The notes below the pieces were generated by a model that was given only the letters and a program-made list of their open reading frames with translations, searched no databases and was not told the DNA's origin. Positions 28,849-38,205 of a DNA stretch of 64,000 nt are shown piece after piece. Position 1 is the first letter of the stretch. Every line of letters starts with the position of its first letter. The stretch is from an uncultured Ectothiorhodospiraceae bacterium (GTDB lineage: Bacteria > Pseudomonadota > Gammaproteobacteria > XJ16 > Halofilaceae), in the NCBI GenBank assembly GCA_964478305.1, contig CAYZHJ010000003.1, positions 4,364 through 68,363 on the forward strand, read 5' to 3'. The position numbers and the translations under genes are program-made.

Positions 28849-30210
28849 TCATTCCACCGGCAACCGCAACCTGACCCGCAACCCCGGCTCGTTGTCCTCC
28901 AGCAGCACCTCGCCGTCGTGCAGGCGGGCGACGGCGTTGACCAGGCTCAGGCCGAGACCGCTGCCGGGGGAGCCGCGGCTCGACTCGAGCCGGACGAAGC
29001 GCTGCAGCACGGCCTCGCGCTGATCGGCGGGGATACCGGGTCCGGAATCGGCGACCATCAGTTCGATCCGGTCACCCGCTCGTTGCACGGCGAGATGGAT
29101 CGTGCCGCCGGTCGGTGCATACTTGACGGCGTTGTCGACCAGGTTGGTCAATGCCTGGAACAGCAGATCGCGGTCACCGTGCACCGGTGGCATCTCGCCG
29201 CTCTCGACATTCAGTGTCTGTTCGCGGGCGGCGGCCAGGGGTTCGTAGAGTTCGCCCACGTCCTGAACGAGCCGTGCCGGATCGACCCGGCTGAAGCGCT
29301 TGCGACTGCCCGATTCGACCTCGGCAATACGCAGCAGCGCCTGGAAGGTATCGAGCAGCCCGTCGGCGTCGGCCAGTGCCTGGTCGAGCAGTTCGCGGCG
29401 GTTGTCCTCGTCGGCTTCGCGCAGATGTTCCAGCCGCCAGCGCAGCCGGGTCAGCGGCGTGCGCAGATCGTGCGCGATGTTGTCCGAGACTTGGCGAACA
29501 CCGTCCATCAGGTGCTGGATCTGGTCGAGCATGCGATTGAGATTGCGGGTCAACCGCTCGAACTCGTCATCGGCGCCGGATTGCGGGATGCGCCGGTCGA
29601 GATCGCCCCCCATGACGGCATGCGCGGTACGGTTGATGCGTTCCAGCCGGCGGGCGATCGTGCGGCTGAGCAGCAGGCCGCCCAGCACGGCGAGTACGAG
29701 GCTCAACACGAGGCCCCACCCGGTCGCGCCGACGATCAGCTTGCGGAAGGCCTGCTGCTCGGACACGTTGCGCCCGATCAGCAGGTGCAGCCGGCCACCG
29801 GGGCGGAATACCCGCGCCCGTGCCGGGTCGGGGCCGCTGCCGGAGCCGGTCAGGGTGAATTCGAGCCAGCCTTCGGTGTCCGGTTCGACCCCTTCGGGCC
29901 AGCGGTTCAGGTTGCCCGCGATCGGTTCCATGTCCTCGTCCACCAGCAGGTAGATCGAGCGGCCACCGACGTTGGCGGTCGACTTGTTGGTGATCTCGCG
30001 CGCCAGCGCGATGATGCCGCCGGCGCGGAAGCGATTGGCCAGCTCGGCGGTTTCCTGCGCGATGGCCGCATCGGTCTGGCGTGCGAGGTAGCCCGCCGTG
30101 GCGTAATGCACGAAACCGAACAACGCTGCCACCGACAGCGCGAACAGCGCCATGTAGAGCAGGGCGACCCGGAAGGTCGCGCTTTCAAGAAGTGGTCTGA
30201 TCAGGCGCAC
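28849..30210 (-). CDS. HAMP-domain sensor histidine kinase
   Basis: Two TM helices; H-box 'AHDLRTPLTRL', 'NLVDNAVKY', 'DSGPGIP', 'GSGLGLSLV'. Confidence 0.95.
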   Translation of the reverse strand: MRLIRPLLESATFRVALLYMALFALSVAALFGFVHYATAGYLARQTDAAIAQETAELANRFRAGGIIALAREITNKSTANVGGRSIYLLVDEDMEPIAGNLNRWPEGVEPDTEGWLEFTLTGSGSGPDPARARVFRPGGRLHLLIGRNVSEQQAFRKLIVGATGWGLVLSLVLAVLGGLLLSRTIARRLERINRTAHAVMGGDLDRRIPQSGADDEFERLTRNLNRMLDQIQHLMDGVRQVSDNIAHDLRTPLTRLRWRLEHLREADEDNRRELLDQALADADGLLDTFQALLRIAEVESGSRKRFSRVDPARLVQDVGELYEPLAAAREQTLNVESGEMPPVHGDRDLLFQALTNLVDNAVKYAPTGGTIHLAVQRAGDRIELMVADSGPGIPADQREAVLQRFVRLESSRGSPGSGLGLSLVNAVARLHDGEVLLEDNEPGLRVRLRLPVE

Positions 30211-30880
30211 GCAGCGTGTATCCCGCACCGCGGACGGTCTGCAGCAGTTCGGAGTCGAAACCCCGGTCGATCTTCTGCCGCAGCCGGCTGATGTGGACGT
30301 CGATCACGTTGGTCTGTGGATCGAAGTGATAGTCCCACACGTGCTCGAGCAGCATGGTCCGGGTGACCACCTGGCCCGCGTGGCGCATCAGGTATTCGAG
30401 CAGCGAGAATTCGCGCGGTTGCAGGTCGATGTTCCGACCCGCCCTGCGCACCTTGCGTGCCAGCAGGTCCATTTCCAGATCGGCGACCTGCAGGTGAGTC
30501 TGGGGTGTCTCCGGCGCGTGCCGGCGTACCAGTGCCTCCAGGCGGGCGATCAGTTCCGAGAAGGAAAACGGCTTGACCAGGTAGTCGTCACCTCCGTCCC
30601 GCAGGCCGGTGACCCGGTCATCGACCTGGCCGAGTGCGGACAGGATGAGGATCGGTGTGGGGATGTCGGCCTGACGTACCGAACGCACGATCGAAAGTCC
30701 GTCCACATTGGGCAGCATGCGGTCGATGATCATTGCGTCGAACGATTCCGAAAGGGCCAGGAACAATCCATCCTTGCCGTCGTTCGCGACTTCCACGGCG
30801 TGACCGTGTTCCCTCAGGCCCTTGGCCAGATAGGTGGCGACGCCCTGGTCGTCCTCGATGATCAGAATGTGCATGGGCAT
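30185..30880 (-). CDS. OmpR/CusR-type winged-helix response regulator
   Basis: 'ILIIEDD', 'DRMLP', 'GGDDYLVKPF', 'WDYHFDPQTNVIDVHISRLRQKID', 'TVRGAGY'. Confidence 0.95.
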   Translation of the reverse strand: MPMHILIIEDDQGVATYLAKGLREHGHAVEVANDGKDGLFLALSESFDAMIIDRMLPNVDGLSIVRSVRQADIPTPILILSALGQVDDRVTGLRDGGDDYLVKPFSFSELIARLEALVRRHAPETPQTHLQVADLEMDLLARKVRRAGRNIDLQPREFSLLEYLMRHAGQVVTRTMLLEHVWDYHFDPQTNVIDVHISRLRQKIDRGFDSELLQTVRGAGYTLRAPDQTTS

Positions 30881-30935
30881 GACCGGAAGGTCCGACTCCG
30901 CCAGAGTCTAGCAGCGTGTTCGCGGGCCGAGACAG

Positions 30936-30969
30936 AAAAAACGGCGGCCCCTGGGGGAAGGGGGCCGCC
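30936..30969 (-). terminator. Rho-independent terminator downstream of the DegP-like gene
   Basis: Minus strand GGCGGCCCC...GGGGCCGCC followed by GTTTTTT. Confidence 0.75.
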
Positions 30970-31006
30970 AAGCCCTGGGCACCACACACCATGAAGAAAC
31001 CGTGTA

Positions 31007-32425
31007 TTACTCTTCCGGCAACGCCAGCGACACGAACAGGGTGCGGTCGCCGCGCCGGATCTGCATGGCCACCGGCTTGCCCTTCGGCAGTGACTCGATG
31101 GCCTGCTCCAGCTGCTGCACCTCGCTCAGCGGTTGCCGGCCGATGCGCAGCAGGATGTCGCCGGGCCGGATGCCGGCATCGGCCAGCGGTCCGGGGCCGA
31201 CGCGCTCGACCAGCAGTCCCTGCTCGCCGAGCCCCATCTCGCGCCGCTCCTCCTCACCGAGTTCGCGGACAGCGACGTTGAGGGACGTGCCCGAGTCGTC
31301 GGATGACGTCTCCCTTCCGCTGTCGTCGCCCTCGCGGTAGTCGGACAGTCGGCCGACCTCGACCTCGATGGTGCGCTTTTCACCGTCGCGTACTATCGTC
31401 ACGCGGGCCTTGCTGCCCACGGGCGTGCGTCCCACCACCGGCGGCAGATCGGCCGCCTCGGAGATTTCCGTGTCATTGAACTCCAGGATCACGTCGCCGG
31501 GCTGGATGCCCGCCTCCTCGGCCGGTGCACCCTTCACCAGATCCGATACCAGTGCGCCGATCGGCTTGTCGAGGCCGAAGGACTCGGCCAGGCCGCGATC
31601 CACCGGCTGGATCGTCACGCCGAGATAGCCGCGTTCCACCCGGCCGGTCTCGCGCAACTGCTCGGCGATGTCCATTGCGGTTTCGATCGGCACCGCGAAC
31701 GACAGTCCCATGTAGCCGCCGGTGCGGCTGAATATCTGGGAGTTGATGCCGATCACCTCGCCTTCACCATTGAACAGGGGTCCGCCGGAATTGCCCGGGT
31801 TGACCGCCACGTCGGTCTGGATGAACGGTGTGTAGGTATCGTTCGGCAGGCTGCGATTGAGCGCGCTGACGATCCCCTGGGTCGCCGTGTGCTCGAGGCC
31901 GAACGGTGCGCCGATCGCCAGCACCCACTGGCCGACCTGCAGATTGTCCGAGTCACCGAGCTCGACCGTTGGCAGATCCTCGGCGTCGATTTTCAGCATG
32001 CCCACATCGCTGTCGCGGTCGGCGCCGATCACCTCGGCCTCGAATTCGCGATTGTCCTCCAGCCTCACCACGATCTCGTCGGCATCGGCGATGACATGGG
32101 CGTTGGTCAGGATGTAACCGTCCTCGGACAGGATGAAGCCGGAGCCGAGCGAACTGCGTTCACGCTGTTGCGGCTGACCTTCCTGGAAGCGGCGGAAGAA
32201 ATCCCGGAACGGGCTGTTCGGCGGCAGGCGTTCCAGCAGTTCCGGCGGCATTCCGTAATCCGTTGCCTCGACCTTCTGCGTGGTCGAGATGTTCACTACC
32301 GCCGCGCGGTTGTCTTCCACGATGCGCGTGAAATCCGGTACCTGGGCCCGGGCCGGCTGCAGAGCGGTGCCGACCAGTATCAGAACCATCAGGCCGGTTG
32401 TCAGTGCATGACTCGATGTCCGCAT
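31007..32425 (-). CDS. DegP/DegQ/MucD (HtrA) periplasmic serine protease with two PDZ domains
   Basis: 'GSGFILSEDGYILTNAHVI', 'IQTDVAVNPGNSGGPL'; signal peptide. Confidence 0.95.
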   Translation of the reverse strand: MRTSSHALTTGLMVLILVGTALQPARAQVPDFTRIVEDNRAAVVNISTTQKVEATDYGMPPELLERLPPNSPFRDFFRRFQEGQPQQRERSSLGSGFILSEDGYILTNAHVIADADEIVVRLEDNREFEAEVIGADRDSDVGMLKIDAEDLPTVELGDSDNLQVGQWVLAIGAPFGLEHTATQGIVSALNRSLPNDTYTPFIQTDVAVNPGNSGGPLFNGEGEVIGINSQIFSRTGGYMGLSFAVPIETAMDIAEQLRETGRVERGYLGVTIQPVDRGLAESFGLDKPIGALVSDLVKGAPAEEAGIQPGDVILEFNDTEISEAADLPPVVGRTPVGSKARVTIVRDGEKRTIEVEVGRLSDYREGDDSGRETSSDDSGTSLNVAVRELGEEERREMGLGEQGLLVERVGPGPLADAGIRPGDILLRIGRQPLSEVQQLEQAIESLPKGKPVAMQIRRGDRTLFVSLALPEE

Positions 32426-32587
32426 GTTTGCCTCTCTGGTCATTCCCGTTTCCCGTTGAGAAATGTGATTTCCCGCATCTGTCCGTACAGCCTGCCGTAT
32501 CGTGTTTTGCCGGGGGGTGAACGCCGGATTACGTTTTGTTCAGAAAGCGCCGGCACGAATGCCGGCGCCCGTTGTGATTACCGGCGA

Positions 32588-32989
32588 TCAGCCATTGTTC
32601 TGGTCCTGCGCCAGATCGCGGACCCGGTTTTTCAGTTCCTCGTCGTTGTTGATGCGTCGACCGATGCGATTGTATTCATCGGCCTCGAGACCCGTGTCAC
32701 GGATTGCCTCGAGCATCTCCTCGCGTCCTTCCTTCCTGAGCTGGTTCTGCTCTTCCTCGTTTTCCGCCTCCTGCAGCTTCGGTCCGTACTCCATGCGAAT
32801 CTCCCGGATCTCGCCCATGGCGACAACGAACTGCTGCAGCTTCTCGTCGCTGATCGACCCGCCGCCGGCAGCGGCTTCGTCGGTGGCGGTACCGGTACTG
32901 CCGGTATCCTCGGCCCACGCCGGGGCGACGACGCCCAGCCCCAGAAGGCCGGCGAGCAGGATCGGTGTCGTGAAGCGCTGTTTGTGCAT
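32588..32989 (-). CDS. DUF4168-family exported acidic protein
   Basis: Signal peptide; 'ISDEKLQQFVVA...AIRDTGLEADEYNRI...LKNRV' pattern. Confidence 0.75.
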   Translation of the reverse strand: MHKQRFTTPILLAGLLGLGVVAPAWAEDTGSTGTATDEAAAGGGSISDEKLQQFVVAMGEIREIRMEYGPKLQEAENEEEQNQLRKEGREEMLEAIRDTGLEADEYNRIGRRINNDEELKNRVRDLAQDQNNG

Positions 32990-33121
32990 CGAGAATCTCC
33001 CGTTATCGGTGTCCGCGGCCAATCGAAGGGCTGGCCGCCATCGCCCAGGACGGTGCGCAGGATGGGGCCCGACGGATGAACATGTCCTGTTGTCGCGGTT
33101 ACCGTGTGTTAACGTCCCGGC

Positions 33122-33679
33122 TCACACGGTCCAGCGACCGTCGAGGAGAGGGCGCAGCAACGGCCGCAGGATGCGGTAGGTCGCCCCCCATACGATGATG
33201 TCCTCGTCCGGGCGCAGACAGGGCACGCGGCGCGACTCGGACCAGACGGACGGATGGACCCGGGTGCTGGTCAGGCATCCCGGTCGCGTGAGCGTCTCGA
33301 TGCTCGGAGTCAGCACCGCGGCGACTTCCGATGCCTGTGGGTGCCAGGCGACCGGTTGCCGGATGCGGCCGAGGAAGGGATGGATCTCGAAATTGCTGCT
33401 GCGAGTGCGTACCCGGCGCAGGGTCGCGAGTATCTCCACCCGTTCCGGCGCCACGCCGATTTCCTCGAACGTCTCCCGCAGGGCCGTGTCGGCGAGACTG
33501 GCGTCGCCGGTTTCCACCCGGCCGCCCGGCAGCGCGATCTGGGCCGCGTGGATACCGGCATCGGTCCTCCGGATCAGCACGACGCGCAGGACGCCCTGCG
33601 TGTCGCGATAAACCGGCACCAGTACCGCGGCTTGCGCAGGCAACTGCATCGTTCGAACTCCGGAATCCGGGTGAGACAT
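33122..33679 (-). CDS. Nudix hydrolase, CoA pyrophosphatase (NudL-like)
   Basis: 'AAVLVP', 'HAAQIALPGGRVETGDASLADTALRETFEEIG', 'VWGATYRIL'. Start uncertain (33649/33679/33709). Confidence 0.88.
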   Translation of the reverse strand: MSHPDSGVRTMQLPAQAAVLVPVYRDTQGVLRVVLIRRTDAGIHAAQIALPGGRVETGDASLADTALRETFEEIGVAPERVEILATLRRVRTRSSNFEIHPFLGRIRQPVAWHPQASEVAAVLTPSIETLTRPGCLTSTRVHPSVWSESRRVPCLRPDEDIIVWGATYRILRPLLRPLLDGRWTV

Positions 33680-33773
33680 GGTAGCGTGCGGAAGCGGTGC
33701 AAGTGCCACGCCGCTGCAGACACGGTCGCGATCCAGTAGGCTGGACTCGAACCGATTCAGCGGGGATGAGGAG

Positions 33774-34262
33774 ATGTCTGCGGAGTACTGGTTGCTGGCG
33801 ATTGCCGGCGTGATCGCGGCGCTGGGGCTGGGATTCTACGCCGGACGGCGGTCCGCGCCCGGGCAGCAGCGACTGGAGGCACTGGAGAAGGAGCGCGACG
33901 AGGCCCGCGCCGAGGCCGAGCGGGTCCAGGGCGAGGTCGCGCGCCATTTCGAGCAGAGCGCGCGGATGTTCGGCCGGCTCGCCGACGACTATCGGAGCTT
34001 CTTCGAGCACTTCGCCCGGACGGCGCAGAATCTGGGTCTGTCGGAGGGGCGGGCGCGGGAGCTGTTGCAGCGTGCCGACCCGCGGCTGGTCGCGGATCAG
34101 ACGGGCGGGGCGTCGGCGGGTGACGGCGAGTCGGCCGAATCCGCGACCGTGCCGGAAGAGGGTGCGGACAAGGGCGGCACCGGGGCGGCGGTATCGGACG
34201 AGGAGGTGACCCGGGAAACCGATGGACGGGATGGCGCGGAGGGGTCCGACCGGCGCGGGTGA
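33774..34262 (+). CDS. YhcB/ZapG (DUF1043) family protein
   Basis: N-terminal TM helix, coiled coil, 'VARHFEQSARMFGRLADDYRSFFEHFARTAQNL'. Confidence 0.8.
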   Translation: MSAEYWLLAIAGVIAALGLGFYAGRRSAPGQQRLEALEKERDEARAEAERVQGEVARHFEQSARMFGRLADDYRSFFEHFARTAQNLGLSEGRARELLQRADPRLVADQTGGASAGDGESAESATVPEEGADKGGTGAAVSDEEVTRETDGRDGAEGSDRRG

Positions 34263-34288
34263 GGCACTCGCCGCTCGATCCGTAAGGC

Positions 34289-34624
34289 TCAGCTCCAGCC
34301 GATGACCAGGTCGGTCAACAGGAATCCGGCCGTCCCGCCGATGTTCAGTGACCAGATGAGAGTGAGGAAACGTGCAGCCCTGCCCCAGAAATCGAAGCCG
34401 GTGTTCTCGGCACACATCCAGATCGAGACCAGCAGCCAGATCGAGTAGGGCAGCATGATCACGCCGGAGATGATGAACAGCCCCCAGCTGATGCCCATGG
34501 TCGTCGCTGCAAGGTAGAACAATCCGAACAGGACCCAGCTCAGCAGCACACCCCACAGCCAGAACAACTTCCAGAGCGGACCCTCGCCATTGAGGTAGTA
34601 CAGGATGACATTGTTCTGATGCAT
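34289..34624 (-). CDS. Small multi-pass membrane hypothetical protein
   Basis: RBS GGAGGAG; 'GEGPLWKLFWLWG' and three hydrophobic helices. Confidence 0.75.
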   Translation of the reverse strand: MHQNNVILYYLNGEGPLWKLFWLWGVLLSWVLFGLFYLAATTMGISWGLFIISGVIMLPYSIWLLVSIWMCAENTGFDFWGRAARFLTLIWSLNIGGTAGFLLTDLVIGWS

Positions 34625-34806
34625 GTTCTCCTCCATCCGTCCAGCGCCGCGGGCCACCCGGCCCGTTCGGCTCGCCCCCGAGACTGTACGATCCGGCATT
34701 ATTATGCTGAACTCGCCCCGGATTGGCGAACCATCCCGTTTCACCGGCGGCCGGGCGATCCCGATGCCGCTGCCGTCCCACGATTCCGGCGGAGAATCCC
34801 GGCACC

Positions 34807-35181
34807 ATGAGCAAGCGTCCAGCCGTTCGTCAACCGGATCTCACCGCAGTCACCAGCATCGTCGGTGCCGCGGACCGCATTCGCGGCGAGCTGCACGTCG
34901 CCGGTTGTGCCCGGATCGATGGTGTCGTTCGCGGCAGCATCGAACGTCACGGCGACGATGCATGCGCGATTGTCAGCCCCGGTGGGCATGTGCGCGGGGA
35001 TATCCACGTTCACAGCATCCGGATCGAGGGCCAGGTGGTCGGCAGGATCGAGGCCACGGGGCATGTCGAGATCGCGGCCTCGGCGACCGTGGATGCGGAT
35101 CTGCAGTACGGCACCCTGGCCATTGCCGCCGGCGCGCAGGTGAACGGGCGGTTGTACGGTCCGCTGTCCGAGGAAGCGTGA
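34807..35181 (+). CDS. Bactofilin (polymer-forming cytoskeletal protein, CcmA family)
   Basis: 'SIVGAADRIRGELHVAGCARIDGVVRGSI...VRGDI...IEGQVVGRI...LAIAAGAQVNGRL' beta-helix repeats. Confidence 0.85.
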   Translation: MSKRPAVRQPDLTAVTSIVGAADRIRGELHVAGCARIDGVVRGSIERHGDDACAIVSPGGHVRGDIHVHSIRIEGQVVGRIEATGHVEIAASATVDADLQYGTLAIAAGAQVNGRLYGPLSEEA

Positions 35182-36074
35182 GCGGGGCGCTGCCCGACGA
35201 CGCCCGTCTCGCGGAGACCGCCGGCTCCATTGCGGGCGAGATCCGGTCGATGCTCCTGCAGGTGTCGGATCCCGCCCGTGGCGGCGAGTCATTGTCCGAT
35301 CCGGACGATCTCAAGTCGGCTCATGACATCGATGACCGTGCCGCGATCATCGCCCGCCGCATGCTCGCGGATTTCCATTGCAATGTCGTGATCGAGGGCG
35401 GGACGGCGGACATCGAGGAGGATGCCGCGTTCTGTGTCTACATCGATCCGGTGGACGGGTCCCTCAACTGGGACCGGGGCGTGGGTGATCCCGGCTTCGT
35501 GCTGGCCGCCGCGCCCGGCCCGCGGGCCGGGCGTCTTGATGACCTGCATTTCGCCTATGTCGAGGGGTTGCGCAGCGGCGACCGCTATCGCACTGCCGAG
35601 GGCATCGCTTTCCATCATTGTCGCCTGACCGGGCGCGAACGGCGTCTTCGAACCGCTGCACCGGAGCGGCTGGCCGAGGCTACCGGTTATCTGCGCCCGG
35701 GCTACGGCGGGGCGCGACGTCAGCTTGCTGCGACATTGCCGCTGTATCTGGGTGCCCGCGACCTGCGGGCCATCGACAATGCCGCCATCGAGTTCGCCGA
35801 AATCGCGCGCAATGCTGCCCACTTCCTCGTCGAGGCGCGCGGCATATCCGACGGTTTCAATGTGCTCGCCTGGCCCCTGGTTCGTGCCGCGGGCGGTGTG
35901 CTGTACGGGCTCGACGGCAGTGATCTGCCAACGCGCGCGTTCGAGCCGTCGGCCCCGCTCGATTATCTGCTCGCCGGCAACAACCGGCTGGCCGACGAGT
36001 TGCTGGAATGCATGCAGGAATTCGCCGTCAGCGGACGTGCCGACCTCGAGTCGCTCCTGAACCGCCTGGATTGA
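35178..36074 (+). CDS. Inositol monophosphatase/FBPase (FIG) superfamily protein, divergent
   Basis: 'YIDPVDGSLNW' motif; GTGA overlap with the bactofilin stop. Confidence 0.75.
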   Translation: MSGALPDDARLAETAGSIAGEIRSMLLQVSDPARGGESLSDPDDLKSAHDIDDRAAIIARRMLADFHCNVVIEGGTADIEEDAAFCVYIDPVDGSLNWDRGVGDPGFVLAAAPGPRAGRLDDLHFAYVEGLRSGDRYRTAEGIAFHHCRLTGRERRLRTAAPERLAEATGYLRPGYGGARRQLAATLPLYLGARDLRAIDNAAIEFAEIARNAAHFLVEARGISDGFNVLAWPLVRAAGGVLYGLDGSDLPTRAFEPSAPLDYLLAGNNRLADELLECMQEFAVSGRADLESLLNRLD

Positions 36075-36304
36075 GCCGCGATTCCGGGAATTCCTGCCGC
36101 CGGGCCGGCCTTCGGTGGATAAGCCCTCGCGAACCGCATCGTCCGGCGGTGATTTCTTCGTGAATGCAGCCGCCTGCACCCACCCCACTTGTCCGGCGTG
36201 TCGGCTGTGACAGAATCGCTCATTCGGTCGGCAGCAGCGCGGGGTCGCTTGCCCGCCGTCATGAGGTGCAACAGAAGCCATGGGGCCTGAAGGGGGAGTA
36301 ACAG

Positions 36305-37369
36305 ATGGCCAGCTACAGCAGCAATGAAGGTGAAGCGCCCGGCTTCGTGCAGGTCGGGCCACGGGTTACGGCATCGATCGACTGGAATGCCGACGGCAAG
36401 CAGCATGGCTATCTCAGTGCGCCGTATTCCGCCAATGAATCGGCCTGGGGCGCCGTGCGCGTGCCCATCACCGTCATTCGCAACGGCGAGGGTCCGAGCA
36501 TCATGTTCACCGGTGGCAATCACGGTGACGAATACGAGGGCCCGATTGCCCTGAAGAAGCTGGCGGCGGAGATCGAGCCCGAGGATATCAATGGCATGGT
36601 GATCATGATCCCGGCACTCAATCCGCCGGCCGTGCTGACCAACACCCGTTGCTCTCCGCTTGATGGCGTCAACATGAACCGCGCCTTCCCGGGCAGGCGT
36701 ACCGGGACCGTCACCGAAATGCTCTGTCACTACGTATCGACCGTGCTGTTGCCGAAGGTCGAGGCCGTGATCGACATTCACTCGGGCGGCAAGACCCTCA
36801 ACTTCGTGCCGTTCGCGGCGATGCACTATCTCAAGGACCGCGAGCAGTTCGAGCGTACGCGGGCGGTGGTCGAGGCGTTCGATGCACCGATTTCGCTGAT
36901 CATCGAGGAACTCGATACCGAGGGCATGATTGATGGCGTGGTCGAGGATTCCGGCAAGGTGTTCATGTTCACCGAGCTCGGCGGCGGCGGTACCTGCACG
37001 CCGGAGAGCGTGGCGATTGCCGAGCAGGGCGTATGCAATGTGCTGCGGCACTACGGCGTGCTGGAGGGCACGCCGTCGCGCCGCCGGGACCGCGGCCTGC
37101 CGTCGAGCCGGATCATGGCGACGCCGGACGAGAACGCGTACACCGTTGCGGACGAGACCGGCCTGTTCGAGTGCCTGGTCAATCTCGGCGACGAGATCAC
37201 CGAGGGGCAACTCATCGCACGCATCCACTCGGTCGAGAAGACCGGCCTGGAGCCGGGGCTCTACTACGCCAATCGCAGCGGTACCCTGATCGGGCGGCAT
37301 TTTCCCGGCCTGGCCCGTCCCGGCGATTGTCTTGCCATTATCGGGATAGAGCAGGAACGCCTCGAGTAG
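36305..37369 (+). CDS. doeB: DoeB/EutE-like N-acetyl-diaminobutyrate deacetylase (succinylglutamate desuccinylase/aspartoacylase family)
   Basis: 'GKQHGYL...SAWGAVRVPITVIRNGEGP...GGNHGDEYEGPIAL', 'NMNRAFPG', 'DIHSGGKTLNFVPF', 'TELGGGG'. Confidence 0.75.
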   Translation: MASYSSNEGEAPGFVQVGPRVTASIDWNADGKQHGYLSAPYSANESAWGAVRVPITVIRNGEGPSIMFTGGNHGDEYEGPIALKKLAAEIEPEDINGMVIMIPALNPPAVLTNTRCSPLDGVNMNRAFPGRRTGTVTEMLCHYVSTVLLPKVEAVIDIHSGGKTLNFVPFAAMHYLKDREQFERTRAVVEAFDAPISLIIEELDTEGMIDGVVEDSGKVFMFTELGGGGTCTPESVAIAEQGVCNVLRHYGVLEGTPSRRRDRGLPSSRIMATPDENAYTVADETGLFECLVNLGDEITEGQLIARIHSVEKTGLEPGLYYANRSGTLIGRHFPGLARPGDCLAIIGIEQERLE

Positions 37370-37446
37370 GTTGGGCCGACGCAGGAGGCCCAACATTCCG
37401 CGTTCGGGAGCCGGTCGTTGGGTCTCCTTGCGTCGGCCCAACCTAC
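37366..37446. repeat. GTAG-family REP doublet (REPIN)
   Basis: GTAGGTTGGGCCGACGCAGGAGGCCCAAC...GTTGGGTCTCCTTGCGTCGGCCCAACCTAC between convergent genes. Confidence 0.85.
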
Positions 37447-37450
37447 ACAC

Positions 37451-38059
37451 TCATCCCTGCGGCGGCGCCGTCTCCTCCATCGAAGGACGCGCGGCAACAT
37501 TGGCGTACCAGTCGATCAGTTCCGGCTGCGCGCCGCGCCAGTCGAATTCCGGCAGGCGGAAATCGAGATAGCCGAGCGTGACCGCGCAGGCGATGCGGCC
37601 GAGGTCGAAGCCGTTTGCTGGAATGGCGGACAGCGTCTCGCTCATGCCGCCGACCGCCCGCTCGATCTTGTCGCGCCAGCGCGTCATGCTCTTCGGTGAC
37701 TGTTCGGTTTCGGGACGTGCGCGTTCCATCACGATGGCCACGGTGAGGTCGAGGATCCCGTCCGCGAGCGCCTGGGCCCGCAGCACGGCCCAGCGTGCCT
37801 CGCCGGGTGCCGGGATCAGTCGCGGCGCCACGCTCAGACTGTCGAGGTATTCGCAGATCACGGGGCTGTCGTAGAGCGCATCGCCTTCGTCGCGGACCAG
37901 TACGGGGATCTTGCCCAGGCGGTTCTGTGCCAGCAGCTCGGCCGGATCCTGATGCGGATTGAGGGAGATCTCCTCGACGTGGTCGAGCAGGCCCTTTTCG
38001 CGTACCAGCACCCGTGCCTTGCGAACATAGGGAGAGGTTGGCGAGATCAGGAGTTGCAT
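37451..38059 (-). CDS. Glutathione S-transferase family protein
   Basis: 'SPTSPYVRKARV', 'LGKIPVL', 'LYDSPVICEYLD', 'LGYLDFR'. Confidence 0.92.
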   Translation of the reverse strand: MQLLISPTSPYVRKARVLVREKGLLDHVEEISLNPHQDPAELLAQNRLGKIPVLVRDEGDALYDSPVICEYLDSLSVAPRLIPAPGEARWAVLRAQALADGILDLTVAIVMERARPETEQSPKSMTRWRDKIERAVGGMSETLSAIPANGFDLGRIACAVTLGYLDFRLPEFDWRGAQPELIDWYANVAARPSMEETAPPQG

Positions 38060-38205
38060 CGATTACCTCCCTGGGTCAGGTCGTACCGGGGTTTCGTACA
38101 GCACCGTGCGTTCCCGCCCCGCGGGGCTGTACCAGTGCCAGTATGCGTGATCCGGCAGCGGGATGCAGTCGGATGCGGGGATGCGCCGCCGGCGTCGTCG
38201 AACGA

